From the NCBI GenBank assembly GCA_964016885.1, contig OZ024743.1:261516001-261580000 (forward strand): a stretch of DNA of 64,000 nucleotides, read 5' to 3'. A program made the translations under genes and the position numbers. Of the stretch, positions 1 to 13,209 are shown in pieces. Positions within the stretch are counted from its first letter, which is position 1. Each line of letters opens with the position of its first letter. This DNA comes from Eledone cirrhosa. Lineage: Eukaryota. The notes beneath the pieces are model-generated. The model saw only the letters and a list, made by a program, of their open reading frames with translations. It was not told the origin of the DNA and searched no databases.

Positions 1-340
1 TGGGATTTCCCTGTGAACACACTGGCAGAACAATCAAGGCCAACAGATTTGATATAATTGTGAAAGGCCATAAAGAAAAAACATGCTTTTTAATTGACAT
101 GAGCATTTCATCATATCATAACATCTCCTTCAACGCTCAATAAATATAAAGACCTGACAATTGAAATTAAGAAAATGTGACAGCTTAAAGTCTGTACAAT
201 ACCAGTGGTAGTTGGTGTACATGGAATGATAAAAAAAAGGAACTGAAAAATATTTGGACCAGATATCTGGAAAGTCATCTCTGCAAGAGATACAGAAAAT
301 AGTGCAGATTGCTGTCTGAGAAGGGCATTATCAATTTAAA
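1..340 (+). mobile_element. Degraded 3' end of R4/Dong-like non-LTR retrotransposon (restriction-like endonuclease domain)
   Basis: Frameshifted translation WDFP..TIKANR.DIIVK..KEKTCFLIDMSI..KYKDL..EI.KM*.LK..TIPVVVG..G..LQEIQKIV..LRRALSI* matches the REL (PD..D) C-terminus of R4/Dong elements. Confidence 0.75.
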
Positions 341-572
341 TACCTTGCAAAAGCATTTACTGTGGTTTATACCCTTATGGTGTTATAACTGATTGTAAAA
401 TGTGTGTATGACCTAATTTTTTCTCAGGTGCAGGTGTTAGGTTGCCACTTGGCATGATTTGGGAAAGAAATGAAATTCAAATTTTTTTGTTACAGTGTTA
501 TTAGCCTATTATTATGAAAGGCAAAGTTAACCTCGGCGGGATTTGAACTCAGACCGTAAAAGGCCGTAACTC

Positions 573-2240
573 CACCGTGTAACAAAAAATTTTTTTTTCG
601 CTGTTCCTGGCTTGTAATCACTTTTTTTTGTGTTGCTTAGGTCCCAAATAAATAAAAAAAAGTGCTATTAAACAGTTAAAAGTTTGGGTTTGTAAAAATT
701 CTAAGCTATTCACTAGAATTATTTGTATGCTGGATTTTACGTTGTATGTAAGTTTAATTTGCTTATGTTAAATGATTTTTTTAATATATGTTTCAGGTTA
801 AATTAAAATTATAAAAGTGCAATAAAGTATAAAATTGTTAAAAAGTTGATTAAAGAGATTTATTGATACTGGATTTTCGCACCCTGAATAAAGGGTAAGT
901 TGTGTTTTAAGCATTTGTCTCCAGGATGAAGCAGTGGAACTTGGTCAAGGAGGAAGTGCAGGTGACAAGTCAGAGAAGTCGACACAAACCTTTCTCAGGC
1001 TTTTACACTCTTAGGGATGGCCTCTGCTTCTGCCATGACGTGCCTGGACTGTTTGACATTATTGGGGTGCCGTTTGTGCCCAAGGAGTGGCGGTTATTTA
1101 TAGACAAGTTGAAGCCACCACAAGTTTGAAGGCTGCCCTCCTCCACAATGGAAACAAGTTCCCGACACTGCCCCTAGCTCATTCAGTCTGCCTGAAGGAA
1201 GATTACTACAGTGTAAAAGTTCTCTTGGAAGCTCTGCAATACAACCAGTACAATTGGGAAATCATTGGAGACTTCAAGATGGTGGCTTTCCTGCTTGGAC
1301 TCCAAGGAGTCTTTATCAAATTCCAATGCTTCCTCTGCCTTTGGGACAGCAGAGCCACCTCTGACCACTACAAAAGAAAGAACTGGTAGCAGTGAGCAGA
1401 ATTTGTAGTTGGGACCCGGAACGTCATGTGGGAGCCACTGGTTGATCCCAGGATTGGGGTTGATGAAGCAGTTTGTGAAGGCTCTCAACCAAGAATCAGC
1501 CGCTTTTAAGTACCTTCTTGAGTTCTTCCCCAAGTTATCTGAGGCCAAAATCAAAGGTGGAATTTTTGTTAGACCTCAGATAAAGAAGGTGTTTGAGTCT
1601 ACCGAGTTCTCCAATAAGCTCAATAGGGTTGAGAGAACAGCATGGAACTGTTTCAAGGCAGTTGTTAAGGGCTTCCTGGGCAACTACAGAGCAACTGGTG
1701 CAGGATCTGATAAAGGCTTTTGGCGCCATGGGATGCAGGATCTCGCTTAAACTCATATGCTGGACGCTCACCTGGAAAAATTCCAGGACAATATGGGCGC
1801 CTACTCAGAAGAACAAGGCGAACAATTCCACCAAGACGTGAAAGAGATAGAGTGGAGGTACCAGGGCCACTGAAAAATGATGGGGGACTATATCTGGGGG
1901 CTAGTACAGGAATGCGACCTGGACTACAACCACAAATCCAGGAAATCCAGTCATTTCTGACGTGTATAAGTTGCTTTACAAGTGTTATTTGCTTTTACTT
2001 GTTTGCTTTTGATAAGCTTGTGTAATAAAATAAATATATACTCTGTTGATTTAATTATATGAACTGATAAATTTTAAAAAAATGTGTTTTTTCTTGAAAA
2101 ATATGAAAATTTCGAAATATCAAACTCCTGACCACAAACCAAACTTCTGATTAAATAATAGTGTTTTTTTATAATAATGGGATATAACAAACCAGGAAAT
2201 GACACTTAGAACCGGGGAACAAGAAATATGTTACACAGTG
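573..2240 (+). mobile_element. Chapaev3-like (CMC) DNA transposon, internally deleted, transposase pseudogene
   Basis: Termini CACCGTGTAACA...TGTTACACAGTG. Transposase fragments EWRLFID, LLHNGN, GDFKMVAFLLGLQG, CFLCLWDSRA, GLMKQFVKAL, SEEQGE.FHQD, with stops and frameshifts. Near-identical inverted copy at 47817-49786. Confidence 0.85.
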
Positions 2241-2449
2241 TAATAAGTAAGGTAAATACTTTCAGAGTAAGGACTAAAGGTATGCTAATCATTGTCATAC
2301 ATAAGTATGCACTTACAAGTATGGATGCATGCATTAGCAAAATTTTGGAGTATGAAATATATACACACATGTACCTGGACTGATACAGAGCTCACAAAGA
2401 CAAGATGGTGTAAAGCAGAACAAAGAGGAGGCACAAAGTAACAAAAGTA

Positions 2450-2490
2450 GTCACTGAAGAGGTCACAGAATGTAACAAAAGAGCTTTGAC
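2450..2490 (+). ncRNA. Degenerate minimal type I hammerhead ribozyme motif
   Basis: GTCA-CTGAAGA-G-GTCACA gaa TGTAAC-(G>A)AAA-GAGCTT-TGAC. Stem I GTCA/TGAC; G12 apparently lost by CpG decay. Confidence 0.5.
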
Positions 2491-2594
2491 AATCAACAAC
2501 TAAACAACAATCCAGTTATTAAATTAATCGATGGGAAATTATAATAAGGAATTGAAACTGGTGCAGGTTTTTATTGGCAGCATGACCCTCCCAA

Positions 2595-2909
2595 GGTATA
2601 ATATCATACACTTTGGCTGTTAGCACACTTCTTACTATATATCTTAATTAATTACCAATACGAATGCTAATTATTATGTCTATTTCAGAATGATACTAAA
2701 AGCAAATGGGTATATATACCCATCAAATACATGTTTCATTGTGGTTGATTGGATGATGTACATATCTTCTGATGAGGGCCCAATTAGAACCAAAAATTGA
2801 TTAAAGATGTTTATCATTTTTTCAATTTACAGAGAAATTCATATTTTCTGGCATGTCTACATAGATATGTGTATATACACATTGATGCAGTCTACGTTAC
2901 ACACTGTAC
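2595..2909 (+). mobile_element. One unit of ~330-bp hammerhead-containing repeat (retrozyme / Penelope pLTR-like)
   Basis: Homologous, circularly permuted, to 57483-57740 (-) and 57741-58359 (+). Hammerhead at 2762-2810. Confidence 0.7.
2762..2810 (+). ncRNA. Minimal type I hammerhead ribozyme (decayed)
   Basis: ATATCTT-CTGATGA-G-GGCCC AATTA GAACC-(G>A)AA-AATTGATT-A-AAGATGT. 7-bp stem I, near-palindromic stem III, UUA cleavage triplet. Confidence 0.7.
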
Positions 2910-3228
2910 TAAACCCATGCTAGCGTGGAAGATAGACATTAAATGATGATGATTTATACAGATATAACTTTTATATCATCATCACTGTTTAATGTCCATT
3001 TTTCCATGCTAACAGAGGTTAGATAAGTTGTCCTATTGTGAGTTAGGCCAGGTTACCATATCTTGCTCATACAGAACTGATTTTGGTTTGGTTTCTACAA
3101 CTGGATGCTGTTCCTAACACCAACCACATTTACAGTGAGTACTGGGGGATTTTTGTTGTGATACATACATGACCATTTTACAGTGAGGGCTGGGTACTTT
3201 TTGTCATGACAACCTTATATATATATAT

Positions 3229-3558
3229 GCGCGGGGACATGGAAATAGTTGGGCTGGATACCCAATCGTGCGGTTAAACCACTGGGAGTGAAGGACCCCT
3301 AGCCTTTGTCAGGGCATTCTTCTAGAAGGCAACTCAGGAAACTGGGATAACTCTGACATAAAACCTGCGGCTCTGTGGTTACTGATGATGTTCTTTTCTT
3401 CTTTTCGGGTTATAGCTACTGTCGCTCAGAGAGTTGGATTGGCTCAGTGCAGTCTTTCCTCACTTTAAAAATAACCTTCACGCTCAGGCATTGTGTGATA
3501 GCATTAATTAATGTTACATTGTGCAATGGTCATACTCGATAACGAGGGGGCAGCCATC
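3229..3558 (+). repeat. Higher-GC insertion within a (TA)n tract, resembling an RTE-type 5'UTR fragment
   Basis: Flanked on both sides by (TA)n. GTCAGGGCA..TCTAG..GGATAACTCTGA..AAACC resembles RTE 5' regions (recalled similarity only). Confidence 0.3.
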
Positions 3559-3572
3559 ATATATATATATAT

Positions 3573-3925
3573 AGCATGGGTTAGACGGGTTGTCCTGTTG
3601 TGGGCAGTGTCCGGTCAGCTTACCTTGTCTTGCTCATACAGGAACTGATTCTGGCTTGATTTCTACAGCCGGATGCCCTTCCTAACACCAACCTCATTTA
3701 CAGTGAGTGCTGGGTGCTTTTTTGCCGTGGCACCTCCACAACCACTTTGCAGTGGAATGATAGGGACCCCAGTCCCTATCATCTCATTTCTACAGCTGAG
3801 TAAACTGGAGCAATGTGAAATAAAGTGTCTTGCTCAAGGAAACAACACATCACCCGGTCTGAGAATTGAACTCACAACCTTTCGATTGCAAGCCCAATGC
3901 TCTAACCACTAAGCCATGCACCTTC
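3573..3925 (-). mobile_element. tRNA-derived CORE-type SINE with RTE-derived tail
   Basis: Minus strand reads tRNA-like head TGGCTTAGTGGTTAGAGC..GAGTTCAATTC, CORE-like CCTTGAGCAAGACACTTT, and tail GTTGGTGTTAGGAAGGGCATCC shared with the RTE 3'UTR at 60280. Near-identical to 12602-12934. Confidence 0.75.
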
Positions 3926-4450
3926 ACATCTATGCATATGTATAATCAATAAAATCATTTCCAGTTGTAGTAATGCTAGTCCAGACTTTTCACAAAGGTA
4001 CAAAACACAACCACAAGTGGAAACTATAACCTTATCCAACAGTGCAACCATACTTCCAATCAACAACTGCTCCCTAAATAAGAAAACTCTTTTTTAGCCA
4101 TTAGGAACCTGGCAAAAGAGATACTAAAAAAAACTTCTATCATAGAATGCCGACCTCTGTTATTACCCCTGTGCACAAACTTTCCTCACTACTGTCACTA
4201 ACAAACTCAAAACAAGCCCCCTGAAATAGTCAAAACCAGCCACTACTCGTTTCTGCTCAATGCACAAAAATTGAAGGTCCAATTCATTGAGGATTGGGTT
4301 GACAACCATCCACACCACATCCCTTTCTTCATCCCGAGACTCATCTAGACAACTTCCACTTGAAAGCTGAAGCGATAGTGAGAAATTCTTCAACAGATCC
4401 TGTCAGCAGAAGGAAGGACGGAACTGCCACTTTCCTGCATTATTTTTTTT

Positions 4451-4660
4451 ATGGTAGATGGAAATAACATATTCTCCTATGGCTACTGTGACTCAGTCTC
4501 CATGCAAAACAAAGCCAATGATTTTATAGTAGTTGGGCTCTATAGGCCACCCCAAACGCCCATAGTATGCTTCAAAGAATGCCTCAACAACATTGTTTTA
4601 TACAAGTGCCATTCTGTTAATATACTAATGATGGGAGACTTCAATCTACCGTGGTGATTG
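4451..4660 (+). mobile_element. LINE apurinic-type endonuclease fragment (CR1/L2/Jockey-like)
   Basis: Motifs VVGLYRPP and ILMMGDFNLP. Confidence 0.65.
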
Positions 4661-5631
4661 GTCTACAGCTTGAAACCAGTGGCCACATTGGTGACAAAAA
4701 GCTCCCAGGCCACACTGTAAATGTGGTTGGCATTAGGAAGGGCATCCAGTTGTAGAATCCAAGCCAGAAAGTTCTGTCTCACAACAGGACAACTTATTTA
4801 ACCCATGCTTGTGTGGAAAAAAAAAAAAAAAATACGGATGTTAAGCGAGTGAGGCTGCCTGTATATATATTTGGTGTGTATGTCTATATATAAATATATT
4901 ATCGTTTAAAGTCTTTTCCACACTTGCCATGTTAGGTTACATTTTGAGAAAAGTCAGATGAGATGATCGTGTCAAGCTGTTTCTATATCACGTCCATCTA
5001 CAAGATGGACTGGTGTCTTTTTGTTGTATCACCAACACGACCTTACAAGGTGAACTAGGTACTTTTTGTTGTATCAAGAACACAACTGCCTTCTAACACA
5101 GACTGGGTGCTTTGTTGTCATCAGCACAATCTCTTTACAATGATGGTAGAACAGGCATGCAGCATATTCAGCTTTCCATACTTGTATGCACGAGTTGGAC
5201 AGGTGGTGTATCAGTGTGGAGGGGTATTAAGGTGTGTGGGCCTGGGGGAGGAAGAAGATTAGTGCAGGTAAGTGTCCTCTAGATGTTTGCTTCATCCTAT
5301 GTACATGGGTCTTCTGCAGTACAGCATGTTGCCAGAGATTTTGACCTTGTCATTACCTTTGAAAAGTTTGTGCAATGTCAGCTATCACTTCATCACAAAT
5401 TTTCCTGGATATTCATCTTCCAGTTTCCTTCAACTTTAAGCAACCTATATATATATATATATATATATATAATCCTCATTTTTACATCTTGTGTATGTAT
5501 ATATATATTACCCAGTATCACCAGCACATCAAACCTGTCAGTTACCACCCATGATTTATCTGTCTACATGAAAACAAAAACTTTCAAGTAAATTGATTGC
5601 CATTTAAAATTGTGCTAATTTCTCTCTCTAA

Positions 5632-5823
5632 ACCTTTAGCATTTACATTACTCTATATTTACTATTGTATTTTCATGGTAACGGCTTTATCTCACATAAT
5701 ATTGAATCTATGAGATTCTGATATTTATTTTGAGAACAATACCTTAACATCAGTATCAGTGGCCGGTTAGTCGGTTTGAACAGAAAATGTGAGAGAATTC
5801 TGGCCGGATTAAATGCTAAAGGG
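5632..5823. mobile_element. piggyBac-type MITE
   Basis: Ends (A)CCTTTAGCATTT...AAATGCTAAAGGG. Homologous to 21583-21791 and, inverted, to 19828-20015. Confidence 0.75.
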
Positions 5824-8800
5824 TTAGGCTACATAGCTTTCGAAAGGAAAATAATTTTAAGGTTTTAACATGATGTTGGGAAAACCCAAATAAAGTTTAA
5901 ATGCACACCTTTAATTAAAATGCTTATGATTCTTAATATATTCATCTAGTTTATAACCCATATTAAAAAATAAATGCAAAATGGACTCAATAGTAGTAAA
6001 AAAAAAAAAAAAGTTTCTACCGCTCTTATATAGAATATATAAATATACCCACTAAAAATCCCACAATGCTATTAATATATCTAAATCAGTTTATTTCATG
6101 ATAAAAGTTTAAAGTACACAACAAATTGTTTACTCAAAAAATAAACAAGATATAAAATGTTCAATTATTCAGCACAAAAGCTTCTTTCGTAAGATTTAGC
6201 AAGACTGCTCACTGAAGGCTCCCAGCTTCAGTCATTGTGTATATCACAATGTCTATATTACCCTCAAAAATATTTTCTGTTCTTTACTTTTCTAGAAACC
6301 AATGTGAGTAGATATTATAGCCAAGCATGTCCTCTTAATTCAGGAATAGTTTGTCTGCCAATAAAAACAATGTAGTACTATCTATTGAAATATGAATTTT
6401 TTATAACTCGTTATCTTGGGAGTAATCATCTGTGCACAATCCAGGGAATTAACTGCATATATAACAAAAGCAGAGACATTCTTTATGCTAAGCCTTTGTC
6501 CTGAAATAAACTGATTTAGTAATATGTGGTTTTAATATATTAATACCATTCATATATTTTTTAAAATCTAAATAGCAGGTTAATAAATTTATCAGAGTAG
6601 AAATCATTAAAATGTGTAAATGTGGTTGGTGTTAGGAAGGGCATCCAGCCGTAGAAGGTCTGCCAGATAGTCCTATACGAGCGAGACAGTCACCCGACCA
6701 ACTTTGCCTCAAGTGGCACAATTCCCGTCTAACCCATGCTAGCATGGAAGATGGACTTTAAACAATGACGATACTACAAATATACATAAGTGTAGGTTTA
6801 AATTTTATGGTGCCAAAGTGCACATTGGGCTTCCGAATTTCAACACAAGTGGATACATTAGCATATAGGTATATGCTGTATTTCCAAAACTTGAGCTGAA
6901 AAGGAAAAGAAAATTGATAGTATATTGGAAACAGCATCCAAAATATACTCAAGGATAGATCCAACTGGAATGTGTTGGTCAGTGTAAACACTGGTTCAGT
7001 TTAAATTTGATTTCTAATTAATGAAAATAAACTTTTGATTAAATTTATAAAATAATCAAGAATTGAAATGTTTAGCAAAATATTTTTTTTATTAATATTT
7101 ATTGGGAATATTAAGCTGATGTTTAGAATACAACTTAATAAAAAAAAAAAATAAAAAAGCGGCTCTTACATAAAACAGTGAATTTTAACCTAGTCAAATC
7201 GTGTTATACATGTAATATAACAAGATATTGGTCAAGATTAAGATAACAGCAGTTTTGGAAAGGATAGATGGGAGGTTGGTATCAAAAAGGTTAAGAGAAA
7301 TACATTTCCTTAAAAGATTTGCAGATGATTCTAATGATACTAAGCATATACACTGAACTATGAATGGCCCAATCAACCAAAGCATGGACTGGTATGGATA
7401 TTAGTGGTATGAGTAACCTTCCATTGGCTGTGATGGTAATAAAACCATTGAGCCTACACTTCTTAAAACAACTAAATGAAGTGATTTGTCTTTCAGTTGT
7501 TGCTACCAGCAGGTGTAATAATATATTACACTTTACCCTATCTGAGGTACTTCTAGATATCCACTGCAAAACATTTTAGAAAAATAAAACATCCTGTTTA
7601 TATCATTCAAAATCCTAAATTTCTTAGTAAAATGAAACATTTCAATATCAAAATCCTCGTTTCTTTCAACAAATTAAGACAATGATTCTCAAAAACTATT
7701 CAGAATACTTTCATAATGTTTTGTTTCAAATAAACATGGCATTACATCTTGAAAAGTAAATGGAATGCTGAGAAGTTTACACCTCTTTTCCTCCAAAAAT
7801 CATGGCAATAGAAAATGAATTTGTTTCAATAATTACTACCATTATTTTTTTACAGCAATTAAATTGAACAGAGAAAGCAGATGTTAGATGATGAGAGAAA
7901 GTGTTATAGTCAGGGTAGGAACGGCAGGAAGACATTTGGGGATCTGGCACCTCTGCTGACAACAAAGGCTTCCCCAACAGAATGAACAAATGGTAGACAA
8001 TATGATCCCTGCATGCAAACTGAAAAGGCTAGAAAGAAATGAAGTGAGTATACTCTGATAGCTCATGCTATGTCATTCGTGCACATCTGAGCTGAGACAA
8101 AAGCTCAGCATAAGAAGAATTAGATGTAGTGTGCAAGAGAAAATTGCATTGGTACAGAAAATGACAGCTGTATAAAGAAATGCAAAGGGCTGCTAAAATT
8201 GGTGACATGCTGTACTGGAGAAGACTGCTACATAAATGCAACGCGACATCCCCTCCCTCTACTAGCACTCCACACCATCACTATAGTTGTGTCAAAGACA
8301 TAACCTTAGTGATGGTGCCACAATAAAATGCACTCGATAGAACATAGTATATGTAAACGAGATGCAGATCCCAAGCCCATTTGTGAGGTCAGTAGCCATG
8401 CTTGAATACCTGTCCAACCTTTGCTAGCAAAGAAAACAGACATTAAAAGATAGACAAACAACCCAGTTAAATATTTTCACATCTTACTGTGATGACATCT
8501 ATAACCTAGCAAGCTATAAGTTTTAGTATTAAGTCCATAACTCAGTTTTAACCACTTCATATTTGCTAAATGTATAAGGCAACTAGAGCCTCAGTCACTT
8601 GTGGTCAATATAGTAGCCATATAATCCTAAAAGTTACATTAGACACTATAGTCTGATATACAAAAAAGATGGGATGACCACAACCAAACAATTGAAATGC
8701 AATCCATTATAATTGTATGATGGATACAGCCAAGATTGTACAACTACTCAAATCTAAAACAAAACAAAAGAAAGATGTACCTCACTCATTTCCAACAGTT

Positions 8801-10735
8801 CATTCAATCAACATGAAATTAACATACAAGTAGCTAAACATTCCATTGACACTAGTACCCTTAATGTAGTTCTAAAGGAAATTCCGTATGACATGGCTGG
8901 TCCCTTGAATTACAGCTACAACTCATTTCTTTCAGCTGATTAGACAAGGGGGCAACATGAAATAAATAATGCACCTCAGCAAAAGTAAATTCAAACCTCC
9001 AAATTGAAGGTTATATATTTTGGCAGGTTTACTTTGAGGTTTACTTTGGCAAATGAATGGTAATCCATTGGACAAAGATTATATATATATATATTACATA
9101 TATTTTTATATGCTTGCCTGGTGAGTTATATATATATATATATATATATGCCTGGTTCAGAGATTAGACAAGAGGGTTTGTATGGTAAGAGACTAAGACA
9201 AAACAATATGTTACAATTGTTAAAACTAGAGTAGTTTATTGAATGTGCAAATTAGATCTGGGGAAAGTACTTTTGAATGTTCAGGCTTGAATTTGAAGTG
9301 ATTTTCTTATTGCTGCCAAGTCAGTAGAAGAAAGGTTAGAGTAAACAGCTGTCACTTATGGAAATCTAATGCAATTATATTTCAATATTTTGGCAGTTAG
9401 CTTTAATTAATGATGATACAGATAAGATTAAATGTTCTGGCAAAATACTAAAAATACCATAATACAATTCCTGTAGAACAAAGACAGCTACATTATATTC
9501 ATTTCAATACCAGTAAACTACTGTGATTGATTATACCAATTATATCCACCACTGCTTTTTACAGAAGTACTTACATTACAAACACTGTTAGCTAACTGAT
9601 TAATTCTTATTAAATCAAGCCTGCAGACTTAATTGGAATTACACCACATATCTTTGAAGAGATATACCATAGCTGTGTGCCTAATAATTTTGCAGCACCT
9701 TTATGGTTGACTGCTTTCCTTCCAATATAAATGAAGTACAAGACAAAAACAGTAAATTAACTATAAACATCCTATAATGGTTTAACAGAAAAATCTAGAA
9801 ATAGATTTGTTAATTCAAGTGAACAGATTATTTTTAACATTTGCAATAGACTAAACTAAGAGTTTAATTTTCATACTTCCCAAGAATGTCTCACTAAATG
9901 TGGTTTTGTGCAATACAGGATGTTAAGAGTTACAACAAAACTTGTTCTTTGACAGGGATACCAGCCACCTATCTATCACCTGCCAGATTATGTTACACTA
10001 TAGAGAGGCAGCTACTTATCTCTCAACTATATTACAATATATGCCACCCAAAACCTCTTGATACCAAATAGAAAAAAAAAAACAAAAAAAAAAAAACAAA
10101 TGATGAATGAACAAACGTGCCAATTGATGACAAGACTAATAATGTAGGAATTACATATTCACTAGACAATATCTAAAATGTTAAAGACCTGAAGACAAAG
10201 AAAGGGAACATTAATCAGATTTTATTTTGTGGAAAAATGATTATAAAGTACATAAATGAGAGTAGCTTAAAAATGATTCTAAAATGACTAAAATGAAATT
10301 GGTGCAGTGGTGGTTTGGTAGGTTGGTTTTCCTTTTTATTCTTCATTCTTTCCCATTTCACTTTTCCTTAATATGTATGTTTTGTGTGAGTGCGTATGTG
10401 TGTGTATATATATATATAAATGTATGTGAGAGTTCAATTTTTTTTTTTTTTTACTTTTACACCAAGTGGTGCCGTACGTTAACCGGCAGTTCATGGATGC
10501 TAATCACTGTGTCGCCAGCAGACAAACAGACACGAAAATACGAAGTGATAGGAGAAAGGAGGTAGAGAGAGACAAACAATGACTAGCAGCAATAATAGCA
10601 GCTTCCCATTTACAAAGGGGGAGGGGGAAGAGGAAGGGACAAAAAGAAATATGGGCTGCCGGCACAGTGGAAGAGGAGGAGGTGGAGCCAATAGACAACT
10701 CAACATGTACAGTATGATGAAACATGATCACTAGT

Positions 10736-10804
10736 TCAGCAATCTGTTCCACCACCAGTCTGTTGCTGGAACACATCTATTGTGTCGTTATCTTCCATTT
10801 CCAG
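10736..10804 (-). CDS. SUMO: SUMO2/3-like, last coding exon (LEMEDNDTIDVFQQQTGG-GTDC*)
   Basis: Acceptor tttttcAG at 10806-10805, phase 0. Canonical SUMO2/3 C-terminus QQQTGG. TGA at 10738-10736. Confidence 0.97.
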   Translation of the reverse strand: MEMEDNDTIDVFQQQTGGGTDC

Positions 10805-12477
10805 CTGAAAAAGTACAAAAAAAATTTGTTTTTCATTATAATGTACACACACACACACACTGTATGCACCATGGAACACACAGGCTCTGAAAAGACAATT
10901 AACAGTACCATTGTTTCAAGCAATTGGGCCCCATAACATTTTAAAACCCCAAATTTTATTTTTCCAATTCTTGGTACACCTTCGATGTGAGGCCCAGTTA
11001 GTCAAACTTAGAGAAAACAATTTTAAAGAGGAATCAGAAGTTGTGTGCATGAGAGAAGTCTGCATTAGTATAGACATCTGATGACCTATGGATGATGCTT
11101 ACCGAGTAAAGTGCAAGGGAAGACCTGGGTGGAGGTGGTGAGAGCTGATTTTCCAGTGTTCAAAGAGTATGAAAGCTTCAAAGCTATTTTTTTTTTTTTT
11201 TTTTTTTTCATAGAGATCATTTAGATAATTTGTTGATTTTTAAATGCATGAAGTTTCACCAGTGTCAAGATATAGTGTAATTGATTTTCAATGTCCATTT
11301 CAGCACCACCATAAAAATTGACAGTCTAGTACACTGCTGGCCCAGTGAAATTGAACAAGGAAAAAGTAATCTGATTGGCCGTGAAGCCAATGCTCAAATA
11401 CCATGCAACCAGGTTTTGGTTATCACCATCTGTAGCAAACTTTACTCAACATTCCCATTAATGCAATAATTACCCGTCACACAATTGTTCATGTTAGTAT
11501 GCTTGTTTAAGTTTAACAATATCATATCCTGTCAAGTTTTTCTACAACCAGATGCCAACCTATGGTCTACAAGCCATACTGCAGGACATTATGGAGGATA
11601 CATCTTCACAAGCATTAACATGATGTTTGTGGTAATTAGCACACAACACACTAATTGGTACTTAACTCATTCTACAGAAGGAATATGCAATGGGGTGTTA
11701 TATTTGCAGAGAGAGAAAATGTCACAAAACGTTTACTTCTGGCATGAACCATTTCAAGAATGTTTTTGCCAAATGGTAATTCATTTGAGACACGTGCACA
11801 GCGATATAAAGAAATATTAGTACTATTAATGCAACACAGTGTATGTGTATGTAATCAATACCATCCTAGCAGTACCTAATTGGAGCCACCGATCTCTACA
11901 GAATGAGAAACGTGCAATTACAACACCAGTTATGAAGGGCTGGGGGATAAGTATGTCGTGTGTGAGAGTGTATAGTTCAAGGAAACAACAGTACAAAAAG
12001 TCTTATTAGTTTCACACTTTATATTGAAAAGGGGAAAAACAGTTAGATATGTCAGGCTTTAGCCCTTCTTAAGGAGTACGAAAATAGAGGCAGGATAACA
12101 AAGAATAAATACAGAAAATAAAGAGTAAAGACAAACCGTTAAGTAGTCTCAGTAACAATTTTGAAAGTGAAATTGTGTATTAGTGTCAATGTTATGTGCA
12201 TGTTTAAACGTTCTTTTTAAAGTTTATTGTGCAATGTTTGTGTGTGCTATGCGTATATTGTATGGTATATGGTAGTGAACTTGTATGTGTGTGCGTGCGT
12301 AAAGTATCTGGCAATGCAATATGCTACACAGCTATACCCATCGATATCAAACCAACACTCAAAAGATTCATTTTACTTAGCTCAACTTGGAACCACAAAA
12401 TACAAAAGTTTACATCATGAAATATGAAAGGTTATTTTATGTGTTGAGTATAAGAAAGATTATCTAGCTATATTAAA

Positions 12478-13053
12478 CCCTTTTCAGTATCTAAACCATT
12501 TTGTGACTGTTTCTAATGAAATAGAGTGTACTTCAATTAATTATTGAAGAATTATGTGCAATTTACTAAAATTAATTATCTCATAACTATCTATATGGTT
12601 CATTTCATTTCATTTTACGTCCGCTTTTTCCCTGCTTGCAAAGGTGGGACGGGAACCGATTCTGGCTTGATTTCTACAGTTGGATGCCCTTCCTAACACC
12701 AACCTCATTTACATTGAGTGCTGGGTGCTTTTTTGCCGTGGTACCTCCACGACCACTTTGCAGTGGAATGATAGGGACTCCAGTCCCTATCATCTCATTT
12801 CTACAGCTGAGTAAACTGGAGCAATGTGAAATAAAGTGTCTTGCTCAAGGAAACAACATCACCCGGTCTGAGAATTGAACTCACAACTTTTCGATTGTAA
12901 GGCCAATGCTCTAACCACTAAGCAATGTGCCTCCATGGTTCTTATATAAAATTATGTTGGAAGATTTAAGTTTAAATAGGAAACCTTTAAAATGTGTGGT
13001 TTTGTTTCATAGAACCAGCAATGGCTCTTTATTTGGCTTGGTATCAAAAAGGG
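12478..13053. mobile_element. Older piggyBac-type MITE interrupted by a SINE
   Basis: CCCTTTT...AAAAGGG termini with TTAA on the right. Related fragments near 13742 and 17108. Confidence 0.55.
12602..12934 (-). mobile_element. tRNA-derived CORE-type SINE with RTE tail, with TSD
   Basis: TSD ATGGTTC at 12595-12601 and 12935-12941. (AAATG)n-like tail. Same family as 3573-3925. Confidence 0.8.
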
Positions 13054-13209
13054 TTAATTATTTCATACCATAAATGTAGATATCTATCCATGCCAGTTTA
13101 ATTTCAGAATATCCACATTTACTCAAATTACAGCAGAGGTAATTTTGATCAAATTCACTTAATCAGTCCAATGGCCCCCCACAAATTTTGTTACAGAACT
13201 CGATTTTTT

